NCBI GenBank assembly: GCA_040756235.1
Contig: JBFLZG010000052.1
Coordinates: 1 to 17,000, forward strand
Length of the DNA: 17,000 bases
Source: a bacterium
GTDB taxonomy: Bacteria > Desulfobacterota > DSWW01
Reading direction: 5' to 3'
Shown here: positions 1-8,258 of the stretch, piece after piece
Numbering within the stretch: the first letter of the stretch is position 1
How the letters are laid out: each line of letters starts with the position of its first letter
Made by a program: the position numbers and the translations under genes
Notes under the pieces: model-generated
The model's database searches: none
Seen by the model: only the letters and a program-made list of their open reading frames with translations
What the model was told of the DNA's origin: nothing

Positions 1-159
1 CATGACCCGGCCGTTGCGGATGACCAGATCGTAGGGACCGGCGCCTGGTGCGCGGCTCGGGCCGTCGTCGCCCGAGCCGCCGCATGCGGCGGCGATCGCG
101 GCCAGCAGCACGCACACCAACATCGTCCGCAGCGGTCCTCGACTCTTCGGACCCGTCAT
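1..159 (-). CDS. 5' part of a lipoprotein amidohydrolase-family protein (N-acyl-D-amino-acid deacylase/dihydroorotase-like); runs off the window edge
   Basis: Not in the ORF track. Manual translation from ATG 159: MTGPKSRGPLRTMLVCVLLAAIAAACGGSGDDGPSRAPGAGPYDLVIRNGRVM. Basic N-terminus, hydrophobic stretch, lipobox-like IAAA-C, then the YDLVIRNGRV strand typical of amidohydrolase N-termini. GGAGG RBS 9 nt upstream; starts 1 nt after the kinase stop codon. Confidence 0.75.
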   Translation of the reverse strand, partial: MTGPKSRGPLRTMLVCVLLAAIAAACGGSGDDGPSRAPGAGPYDLVIRNGRVM

Positions 160-160
160 G

Positions 161-2956
161 TCACGCACCTCCATGGCTCTGTGAACGAGAGAGCACACGC
201 CGCAGGATCTCCGCCAGATCCTCGAACCTGTAAGGCTTGGTGATGACCCCCGAGAACCCGAATTCGGCGTAGCTCGACAAGATGGGGTCGTTGGAATAGC
301 CGCTCGACACGATCACCCGCGCGTCGGGGTGGATCTGCCGCAGCTTCTTCATGGTCTCCCTGCCGCCCATGCCCCCCGGGATGGTCAGGTCCATCAGCAC
401 GACATCGATGGGCGGCCCCTCTTGGCACGCCCGGTCATACAGATCGAGCGCTTGCGTGCCGTCCCGGCAGGCGTCCGCGCGATAGCCCAGCTTTTCGAGG
501 GCCCGGGTGACCGCCTTGAGAAGCATCTCGTCGTCGTCGACCACCAGGATGCGCCCGCTGGCGAGAGCGGGCTTTTTCTCCGGTGCGCCCGAGCCTGCGG
601 GCCTTCGGTCGGAAGCCGGCAGATAGACCGAGAAGATCGTCTCCACCCCGGGCCTGGAGCTGACCAAGATCGCTCCGCCGTGCTTCTGCACGATCGAATA
701 GGATACGGCCAGGCCGAGGCCGTTGCCCTGGCGCTTGGTGGAGAAGTAGGGATCGAAGATCTTGTGCAGATGCTCGGGCGGGATGCCGACGCCTTCGTCG
801 CGGACCGTGATCCTCACGTACCGGCCGGGCTCGAGCGCCGCGTCCGCATCTTCTTCCCCGACCGTCACGTTCTCCGCCCGGATGAGGATCGTCCCCCCTC
901 CGGCCATGGCCTGATCGGCGTTGAGGACCAGGTTGCCGATCACCTGCCCGATCTGGCCGTCGTCCGCCTCCACCGTCCAGAGACCTTCGGGAAGATCGGT
1001 CTCGCACCGGGACAGGGAACCGGCCAGCGCCAGCCCGGACGACTCCCTTATGGTTTCCGCGATGCGCAAGGGTTTCTTGACCGGCAGTCCGCCCTTGGAG
1101 AAGGTCAACAGCTGCTGGGTGATCCCCTTTGCCCGAAGCGAGGCCTTCTTCGCCTCGGCCAGCAGTCCGAAGATCCGCTCCCCGTCCCCGGACCGCCCGA
1201 CTTCCATTTCGGCCAGCGAGATGTTGAGGACGATGGCGCCCAGGATGTTGTTGAAGTCGTGGGCGATGCCGCCAGCCAGGACCCCGATCGATTCCATCTT
1301 CTGCGCCTTGATCGCCTCCTCTTCCATCCTCCTGCGTTCGGTGACGTCGATCCCGAGGGCGAAAACGAAGTCGACCTCGCCTCCGGCCTTGAGGACCGGC
1401 CTTCCGTGCCACTCCACGAGCCTCTCCCTGCCGTCCTTGGTGAGGACGCCGGCCACAACGTAGGAGGGCTCCTTCGCCTGCACGAGCTGTTCGAAAAACC
1501 CAAGGGCCCCCTCATAGTAAGCAGGTGACACCAGGGTCCGCATCGTGTACTTGCCGACGATCTCTTCGAGCTCGTAGCCGAAAGCCTGCAGCATCGAGGC
1601 GTTCACCGTATGTACCCGGGCGTCCGGATCGATGGTGATGAAGAATGCGGGACAGGCCTGGATCAGGCTTCCCGTGAAGTCCTTCTCTTCCTGCAGGGCC
1701 TCCTCGGTCCGCTTGCGCTCGGTCACGTCCCGGGAGGTGATGAGGAGTCCCGCGATGGCCGGGTTGTCCATCAGATTGCGACCGATGGCATCGACATGGC
1801 GCCACGATCCGTCCTTGCACCGCACGCGCATCTCGACCCTGCGCACCGCGCCGGCGGAGAGCAGGATTTCCTCCATGCTTGCGCTCACGAATCCGAGATC
1901 GTCCGGGTGGACCATCTCCAGCGGGTCCTTGCCGATGAGCTCTTCCGGGGAATACCCGAGGGAGGCTTGGGCGGCGCTGGTGTAGCGCCTCATTCCATCT
2001 CGGCCCATGATGGTGACGACGTCCGAGAGGTTCTCGATGACCGCTCGGAAGCGCTCCTCACTCAACCGCAGGGCTTCCTCGGTCCGCTTCCGCTCGGTGA
2101 TGTCGCGCGAGTTGATGACGATGCCCCGGATCGCCGGGTTGTCGAGCAGGTTCTGGAGCACGACCTCGACGACCCTCCAGGACCCGTCCTTGTGGCGCGC
2201 GCGCAGCCCGACCGTCACGGTCTCGTCCGGGTTGCGGATGCAGCTGTCCATGGCGGCCCTGGCACGCTCGAGGTCATCCGGGTGAAGGGTGTCGAAGGCG
2301 TTCTGCCCGGTCATCTCTTCCGGCGTGTAGCCGAGGACCCGTTCGGCCGCGGGGCTCACGTAACGCCTGGTCCCGTCGGGCTCCATGATGACCATGGTGT
2401 CGGAAAGGTTCTGCACCAGGGCCCGAAAACGTTCCTCACTCAGCCGGAGCGCTTCCTCGGCGCGCCTGCGGTCGGTGACGTCCCGGGAGGTCACCAGGAT
2501 CGCGCGCAGTGTGGGGTCGTGCATCAGGTTCTGCGCTATGGACTCATAGAAGCGCCAGGAGCCGTCCTTGTGCCGCACGCGCATTTCGGCCCTCCCGGCC
2601 GAGCCCGCCGCACGTGCGCGGCCCTCGAACAGGATCTTCACCCTCTCCAGATCGTCCGGGTGGATCCAGTCCACGATGGTCCCTCCGACGAGGTCTTCCG
2701 GCCTGTACCCCAAAGAGCGTTCGACGTCTCCGCTGGCGTAGCGCACCCTCCCGTCCGGTTCCACGAGCAGCACGACGTCCGAGAGATGCTGGACCAGGGC
2801 CCGGAAACGCTCCTCGCTCTGCCGGAGCGCTCCCTCGGCCCGGGCGCGTTCGGCCATCTCCTGCCGGAGCTGCCGCAGCGTCCTCTGAACCTCGGCCGTC
2901 CGGTCGTCCACCAGCCGTTCGAGGAGCTCTTCCCTCGTCATCTCCCGGGCCTTCAT
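161..2956 (-). CDS. Cytoplasmic hybrid sensor histidine kinase/response regulator (4 PAS-PAC + HisKA + HATPase + REC; CckA-like subfamily)
   Basis: Repeated PAS units (HPDD..., RHKDGSWR, DVT/DIT-ERKR..EEAL). H-box GIAHDFNN, N-box NLVLNA, G1 DEGVGI, F-box FDPYFSTK, G2 GNGLGL. C-terminal receiver VVDDD...LMDL...KP. No transmembrane segment. Confidence 0.95.
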   Translation of the reverse strand: MKAREMTREELLERLVDDRTAEVQRTLRQLRQEMAERARAEGALRQSEERFRALVQHLSDVVLLVEPDGRVRYASGDVERSLGYRPEDLVGGTIVDWIHPDDLERVKILFEGRARAAGSAGRAEMRVRHKDGSWRFYESIAQNLMHDPTLRAILVTSRDVTDRRRAEEALRLSEERFRALVQNLSDTMVIMEPDGTRRYVSPAAERVLGYTPEEMTGQNAFDTLHPDDLERARAAMDSCIRNPDETVTVGLRARHKDGSWRVVEVVLQNLLDNPAIRGIVINSRDITERKRTEEALRLSEERFRAVIENLSDVVTIMGRDGMRRYTSAAQASLGYSPEELIGKDPLEMVHPDDLGFVSASMEEILLSAGAVRRVEMRVRCKDGSWRHVDAIGRNLMDNPAIAGLLITSRDVTERKRTEEALQEEKDFTGSLIQACPAFFITIDPDARVHTVNASMLQAFGYELEEIVGKYTMRTLVSPAYYEGALGFFEQLVQAKEPSYVVAGVLTKDGRERLVEWHGRPVLKAGGEVDFVFALGIDVTERRRMEEEAIKAQKMESIGVLAGGIAHDFNNILGAIVLNISLAEMEVGRSGDGERIFGLLAEAKKASLRAKGITQQLLTFSKGGLPVKKPLRIAETIRESSGLALAGSLSRCETDLPEGLWTVEADDGQIGQVIGNLVLNADQAMAGGGTILIRAENVTVGEEDADAALEPGRYVRITVRDEGVGIPPEHLHKIFDPYFSTKRQGNGLGLAVSYSIVQKHGGAILVSSRPGVETIFSVYLPASDRRPAGSGAPEKKPALASGRILVVDDDEMLLKAVTRALEKLGYRADACRDGTQALDLYDRACQEGPPIDVVLMDLTIPGGMGGRETMKKLRQIHPDARVIVSSGYSNDPILSSYAEFGFSGVITKPYRFEDLAEILRRVLSRSQSHGGA

Positions 2957-3750
2957 TCTGACTCCCTCAAGAGACTGTCCAGACCTTCCTGGACCGGCTT
3001 CAGCCCCAGGCGCTCGAGAAAGCGCCCGGCGTCATGCGCCATGGCGTCGTTGTTGAACAGCACGCGATTGGGCCGGTCCGGGCTGAGCCAGCCCTCCAGG
3101 TCGCGGAGATCGTCATCGGTGTAGACGTAGCGGTACGTGTACGCGGGCCTGCCGCTGAGACGGAAGTAGCGCGGCCTCGTCTCCCCGACCGGGAGCCGGA
3201 TGAAGGGATCCACCCCATGGATGAGATCCAGGTCCTCGATCAGCTTCTCCATCAGGTCGTCCCTCCAGGCCTCGCCCCGGGGCTCGAAGACGACCCACCG
3301 TCCCTTGCGATCGATTCCTTCGAAGAACCGCCGCATGCGGCCGAGGCTTTCCCGGGTCGGCGTGAAGCTCCGCGGCGTCTGGAAGACGATGGCTTCGGCG
3401 CCGAGGATCTCGGCGATCTCCTGCGTCCGCTGCCAGGCCATGCGGGTCACCTCGTTCCAGCGGAAGCCTCCTGTGCGGGCCAGCGCCGCAGCCGTCAGCT
3501 TCTCCTTGAGGCGGCGGTAGGTAGGGCTCCAGGCCTCGTGGGTCACGAGCTGCCAGGCCTTGAGCGTGAAGACGAAGGGCTCCGGCGCCTTCCTGCGCCA
3601 CCGCTCGGCCGTGGCGGGGGCCGGCGGCTGGTAAAAGGTCACCTGCACCTCCACGATCTCAAGCTCTCGGAAGGTCCGCGCCTGAGACCCGATGAAGCCG
3701 CAGGTCCCCACCAGCAGCTTTCTCTTCGGCCGCGCCGTCATGCTTCCCAT
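2953..3750 (-). CDS. DUF72 (YecE-like) TIM-barrel protein
   Basis: Motifs VGTCGF, VEVQVTFYQPP, FTLKAWQLVTH, FQTPRSF, FEPRG, VDP, YFRLSG, LFNN. Stop overlaps the kinase start (ATGA 2953-2956). Alternative start at ATG 3741. Confidence 0.9.
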   Translation of the reverse strand: MGSMTARPKRKLLVGTCGFIGSQARTFRELEIVEVQVTFYQPPAPATAERWRRKAPEPFVFTLKAWQLVTHEAWSPTYRRLKEKLTAAALARTGGFRWNEVTRMAWQRTQEIAEILGAEAIVFQTPRSFTPTRESLGRMRRFFEGIDRKGRWVVFEPRGEAWRDDLMEKLIEDLDLIHGVDPFIRLPVGETRPRYFRLSGRPAYTYRYVYTDDDLRDLEGWLSPDRPNRVLFNNDAMAHDAGRFLERLGLKPVQEGLDSLLRESE

Positions 3751-3814
3751 ATCCCCATTCTGTATCCGCGATCCGGGCAGGCCATGTCAAGCAGCCGAGC
3801 AACGCAGGAGGGGC

Positions 3815-4164
3815 ACTGAGCGCGGCGGGTGCACCACCCTCGTTCCGTCTTGGGCTCAGAACGCTCCGGCGTCTTCTCCTCCCAAGGATCGGAGACCACG
3901 GCCCTTCGGGCGGGTCCTCTTTTTCGTCCCTCGTCCCGGGCCGGGTGTTCTCGGGACACACGCGCCTGACGGATGTGGTATTCGGGAAGCAGCGCTGCGT
4001 TCCACCGGCCTGTCGGAACTCGGGACGGCCTCCGCGACTCGCCCCCGCCTCTCTCGCGCGGACACCCACCGCACTCATGGCAGCACCCGGTAGGGTGGAC
4101 AAAGCGCCATTGTGTCCACCAACGACGGCTGAGACTGAGCGCGGCGGGTGCACCTCCCTCGTTC
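3815..4164. repeat. Pair of 31-bp direct repeats (3815-3845 and 4134-4164)
   Basis: ACTGAGCGCGGCGGGTGCACC(A/T)CCCTCGTTC, 30/31 identical, 319 bp apart. Confidence 0.9.
4090..4120 (+). repeat. GTAG-family REP-like palindrome
   Basis: GTAG followed by stem GGTGGACA (4094-4101) pairing with TGTCCACC (4113-4120). Confidence 0.7.
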
Positions 4165-4194
4165 TCGGGACGTATGGGCCGCTCGACAGCCTCG

Positions 4195-7100
4195 TCAGGT
4201 GAGATACGAATGGAAATCTTTGCCTATGCGGGCGCTACAGGCGCGCACTGTCTGGAGCAGGTCGGAGGGGCCGGCCTCGACCCCGAGCACCCGCCGGGCC
4301 AGAGCCTTCAGCTGCGCCGGGTCCTGAGGCAGCGCGTGGGTCTGACGGTCATCCAGGATCTGCAGGCAATGCTCGATCCGGCGCAGGAAAAGGTAGTCCT
4401 GCTCCAGGCGTGAGGCTGTCTCGGCGGGCAGGATTCCCGCCTCGCGCAGGGCCCTCAGGCCTTCGAGGGTGTTCGCCTCGAGCAGGCCGGGCCGATCCGG
4501 TCCGTAAATGAGCTGCAAGCCCTGGACGAGGAACTCCACGTCCCGCAGCCCCCCCGGGCCGTTCTTCACGTCGATGACGTCCGGGCCGCCGGAGGAAACG
4601 GCGCACTTCCGCACGGCGTCCTGGCGCATGCGCCGCACCGATCGAACGGTCCGCTCCCGATCGCGCCGCTCCAGAAGCACGGTTCGGATCCGCCCGGTCA
4701 CGGCCCTCCCCAGCTCCAGGTTTCCCGCGATGGGCCGAATCTTCAAGGCTGCCTGCACTTCCCACAGGGAGGCGGCGCGGCGGTAGTATTCCTCCAGGGT
4801 CGCGACCGAGGGAACGAGCTCGCCCGAGCTTCCGTAGGGCCGCAACCGGAAGTCCACCCGATAGGCGTACCCTTCGGACGTGTGGGCCGACAGGGCGAGC
4901 CCCACCCGCTCCATGACGGCCGTGTAGAATTCCCTGACAGCCTCGCCCTCGAAGCCGCCGGAGTCCGCCGGAGGGGAGAAGGACGACGAGGAGTCATATA
5001 CGCCCACGAGGTCGATGTCGGAGCTGTAGTTCAGCTCGGCGCCCCCGAGCTTGCCGAAAGCGAGGATGCAGAAGCGCGACTCGAGGTCCGCAGCTCGTGC
5101 CGCAAGCCCTTTCTCCTCCCGGAGCAGACCCAGGCTCCGCCACAGGGCCGCTCGCACGAGGGCATCCGCGAGCGTCGACAGCTCGAGCGTGATGTCCCGG
5201 GTGGGCGCCTTCAGGACCATGTCCCGCGTGCCGATCCGCAGGATCTCCCGGCGGCGAAGCCTCCGGATACGGTTGAGCCACTCTTCCTGGCCCATCGCCA
5301 TGGAGCTGACCTCGGCCGTGCCGAGCTCGTCTTCCAGATCTGCCGCGCTCCGGGGGCGGCGCAGCGTATCCGGTTCCATGATCCACTCGAGCAGGCCCGG
5401 GTAGCGAACCAGGGTGTCTGCCAGAAACTGGCTGGCCGCGAGGATCTCGAGCAGAATCTCGAGGCGCATGGGCTGGCCCAGCAGGAGATGGAAGTGGAAC
5501 TCGGGGCTGGGCAGAGAGCGGATGAAGCGCTCCCAGTTGTTGAGCGCCATGTCCGGGTCGGGGGTCTTGAGAAGCGGATCGAGTGCCAGGAGGGCCAGTG
5601 AAGCGAAGGTGCGCCGCCTGGATCCGCTGCCCGCCAGGCTCCGCAGATTGACGTAGGCCCGCTGCGGATCCTGAAAACCGGCAGAGGCCAGAATCGCGCG
5701 CGAAAGCTCGCCCGGCACGCTGTCGGCCAGCACCAGGTCGGCCACGGTGCCCGTCACGGGACCGGGCAGCGAGGAGGGGCCGAAGTGCCGGTTGGCGAAC
5801 GCGCGCACCGCCGCGGTATGGGTCTCGTACTCGATGTGCAGCTTGCGCGCAGGGTCCAGGGCTTCCCCGGAAGAATAGCCCATGCGCCGGGCCAGATGCG
5901 CGAGCTCCAGAGAATCGGCCGGCGGCAGGAACAGGTCTTGTGCCGAACCGCGCAACATCCGCAGGGCATTGATGAGAGAGCGCAGGAAATCGTATGCGGT
6001 CATGAGCTGCCCGGTCTCTTCCGGCGCCAGTACCCCTGCCTGGGCCAGAGCGGCCAGCGCCGCGTGGACGTGGGGCGTCCGCAGCCCCGGGACCGCGTGG
6101 CCGTAGAGCACCTGCAGGACCTGTATGTTGTACTCCAGGTCCACGAGCCCGCCCGGGCTGAACTTCGCGTTGGGCCTGCCGCCGCGGGTCTTCTCCTGAT
6201 ACTGCTTCTCCCTGAGACTGCGGATCTCGCCCGGATCGATCGCCTGAGCCCCGTAGAGGATTTCGTCCCGGATCCTTTCCACCCGCTGCCCGAGCGTCCG
6301 GTCGCCGCCCAGGGCGCGCAGGCGGACCAGGGCGAGCCGCTCCACCGAGTGCGCAGGGCCCCCGCGGCCGTAATACGAGCAGAAAGCCTCGAGGCTGCAG
6401 GCCAGCGGGCCGGCGCTGCCGAAGGGGCGGAGCCGGAGATCGACGTGAAAGATCCCCTCGCGCTTCGCCCGTATGGACTGAGCCGCGGTCTGGACCAGAC
6501 GGTTGAAGAACTCCGGGTTGCCGATCGACTCGCCGCCATCGGTCCAGCCGTCGTCGCTGTAAACCACGAGCAGCTCGAGATCCGAGGCCACGCCGAGCGC
6601 GGCGCCCCCGAGCTTGCCGAGCCCCAGGACGCCGAACCTGGCCTCGAGACCCGCGGCGGTCCGGGGCACGCCGAAGCGTGCGACCAGGTGCGCGTAAGAG
6701 AAATCGGCGGCCCGGTTCACGACCTCTTCGGCAAGAAGGGTGAGCTTCTCGGCCAGTGCTCCGAAGCTCGGATGCGGCTCCAGGATGTGGTCGAGCTCGA
6801 TCAGGAAGATCTCTCGATCCTTGAAGGCGTTCAAGCGCAGCTGCCGTTCCTCCAGCGTCGACGCGCCCGACAGGATCTCGTCCAGCCTGCGGGAGAGCTC
6901 GCCGGGCGGGAGGCTGAAGCGGCGCTCGCCCACGTAGGGTCTCAGCATGGGGAGCAGCGCTTCATAGTGCAGCCGGATGAAGTCCTCCCAGAGAAAATCG
7001 CTGGCCCCGAGCAGCCTGGCCAGGTCCTTCAAGGCGTGCGGGTCGGAGAGGATTTCGAGCCAGCCCGCCTTGCCCGGCACTTCCAGCGTTTCTTCGATGA

Positions 7101-8037
7101 GCTGCTTGAACCGGTGAAGGGCCGCATACGGATCCGGCGCCCTGCCCAGGAAGTAAGTGAACTGCTTGGTGAGCAGCGCCGAGAGCCGGATCCGCGCCAG
7201 GGTGCCCGGGTCCTCGACCTTCCGGCCCTGCCCGTCCGTCACGTCGATCTCGTCCTCAGCGCGGCCCTGGATCGTCCGGATCTGGACGCGCTCGATGTAG
7301 ATGCCGTGAAGCGAAAAGGCATGGGCCAGGGAATAGAGGAAGGCGGGCGTGTCCTGAGAAACGATCTTCAGGCGCGTGCAATCCGGCTGGGAAGGGTCCA
7401 CGTCCATGTGGACCGGGTAGAGGGCCGGCTGCTCTTCGATGCGCAGGAGAGCCAGACGCCGGACCACCTTGTCGTTCACGAGATGCCGGGCCTTCTCCAG
7501 GGAGGGCGCATCGCCCCGCTCCAGCAGCCGTGCGACCTCCTCGAGGGACCTGCGAAATTCCCCCGCCCACGTCTCGAACGGGAGGCCCGTCTCCAGGGTG
7601 CCGCAGAAGAGGTCCACGAGCCGGCGGCGGCCCGGCCGGAGCGCGTAACCTTTCGACCGCGCCGCCACCCGGCGAGCAGCGGAGAGCGGCCCGGGCGGCG
7701 CAGGCGGCTCCGCCTCCGCGCGGCCATAGGTGAAGCTGTCACCCGACAGGACGTTGAAGCCCGTGCCCGCGAGGAGGCCGGCGATCAGAGCGAAGGCGCC
7801 CGGGTAATCGAAAGCGAGCACGGTGCACGCGATGCATCCGTCGCCTCGCTGCTCGAGCACGACCTCCGCCGGATGCTCCGGCGAAAGCCTCAAGAGGCCG
7901 AGAAGATGCTGCTGCACCTCCGCTTCGGAAAAGCGCGCGAAATAGCGCTCCCCCAGCCTCCGGACGTGCTCCTCGATCAGACCGGGGTCGACCTCCGGGC
8001 AGGCCTGTCGCAACCTTTCGCAGCGCGGTTTCGCCAT
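4195..8037 (-). CDS. glnE: Glutamine synthetase adenylyltransferase/adenylyl-removing enzyme GlnE, atypical (N-terminal tandem ACT domains, ~1280 aa)
   Basis: Two pol-beta-type NT domains: GKLGGAALGVASDLEL (6571-6618) with VDLRLRPFG, and GKLGGAELNYSSDIDL (5008-5055) with VDFRLRPYG. Each is followed by a K..PGGL.D.E helical domain. Adjacent to glnA. Start placed at ATG 8037 (AAGGAG upstream) because the longer ORF start runs through a palindromic repeat. Confidence 0.92.
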   Translation of the reverse strand: MAKPRCERLRQACPEVDPGLIEEHVRRLGERYFARFSEAEVQQHLLGLLRLSPEHPAEVVLEQRGDGCIACTVLAFDYPGAFALIAGLLAGTGFNVLSGDSFTYGRAEAEPPAPPGPLSAARRVAARSKGYALRPGRRRLVDLFCGTLETGLPFETWAGEFRRSLEEVARLLERGDAPSLEKARHLVNDKVVRRLALLRIEEQPALYPVHMDVDPSQPDCTRLKIVSQDTPAFLYSLAHAFSLHGIYIERVQIRTIQGRAEDEIDVTDGQGRKVEDPGTLARIRLSALLTKQFTYFLGRAPDPYAALHRFKQLIEETLEVPGKAGWLEILSDPHALKDLARLLGASDFLWEDFIRLHYEALLPMLRPYVGERRFSLPPGELSRRLDEILSGASTLEERQLRLNAFKDREIFLIELDHILEPHPSFGALAEKLTLLAEEVVNRAADFSYAHLVARFGVPRTAAGLEARFGVLGLGKLGGAALGVASDLELLVVYSDDGWTDGGESIGNPEFFNRLVQTAAQSIRAKREGIFHVDLRLRPFGSAGPLACSLEAFCSYYGRGGPAHSVERLALVRLRALGGDRTLGQRVERIRDEILYGAQAIDPGEIRSLREKQYQEKTRGGRPNAKFSPGGLVDLEYNIQVLQVLYGHAVPGLRTPHVHAALAALAQAGVLAPEETGQLMTAYDFLRSLINALRMLRGSAQDLFLPPADSLELAHLARRMGYSSGEALDPARKLHIEYETHTAAVRAFANRHFGPSSLPGPVTGTVADLVLADSVPGELSRAILASAGFQDPQRAYVNLRSLAGSGSRRRTFASLALLALDPLLKTPDPDMALNNWERFIRSLPSPEFHFHLLLGQPMRLEILLEILAASQFLADTLVRYPGLLEWIMEPDTLRRPRSAADLEDELGTAEVSSMAMGQEEWLNRIRRLRRREILRIGTRDMVLKAPTRDITLELSTLADALVRAALWRSLGLLREEKGLAARAADLESRFCILAFGKLGGAELNYSSDIDLVGVYDSSSSFSPPADSGGFEGEAVREFYTAVMERVGLALSAHTSEGYAYRVDFRLRPYGSSGELVPSVATLEEYYRRAASLWEVQAALKIRPIAGNLELGRAVTGRIRTVLLERRDRERTVRSVRRMRQDAVRKCAVSSGGPDVIDVKNGPGGLRDVEFLVQGLQLIYGPDRPGLLEANTLEGLRALREAGILPAETASRLEQDYLFLRRIEHCLQILDDRQTHALPQDPAQLKALARRVLGVEAGPSDLLQTVRACSARIGKDFHSYLT

Positions 8038-8150
8038 GGGAGGATGCGGCTCTCCTTGAACAACTGTTCCTCCCGACACCTTATCCCATCGGCAGCGGTT
8101 TGTCTGCGGAGCCTCGGTCCAGTCGGCTCCAATCGGCTGCGAGCTCTTCT

Positions 8151-8241
8151 CCCCCCTTGCGTAAAGGGGGGCCGGGGGGGGGATTTTGGTGGAGAAGCCG
8201 AGCTCGAAAATCCCCCCTGACCCCCCTTTTTCAAAGGGGGG
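8151..8241. repeat. Inverted pair of C6/G6 hairpin + G-tail extragenic repeats between glnA and glnE
   Basis: Unit 1 (+, 8151-8187) CCCCCCTTGCGTAAAGGGGGG-CC-G9-ATTTT. Unit 2 (-, 8207-8241) CCCCCCTTTGAAAAAGGGGGG-TCA-GGGGGGATTTT. Confidence 0.85.
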
Positions 8242-8258
8242 CAAAGAAAAGCCGGCGC

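Noticed and set aside
3757..3790. TTGACA (-35) on the minus strand upstream of DUF72
   Set aside because: No acceptable -10 hexamer at 16-18 nt spacing; the best candidates are 20-22 nt away.
3815..4164. Possible CRISPR array
   Set aside because: Only two repeat copies, 319 bp apart, with no regular spacers and no cas genes.
3659..4413. Small ORFs across the glnE-DUF72 spacer
   Set aside because: Arg/Pro-rich, mutually overlapping, without RBS or motif support, and they span repeats.
8038..8244. 69-aa N-terminal extension of the glnE ORF (MPPFEKGGSGG...)
   Set aside because: It starts at a TTG inside the C6/G6 repeat and merely translates the palindrome. GlnD-like homology begins only after ATG 8037.
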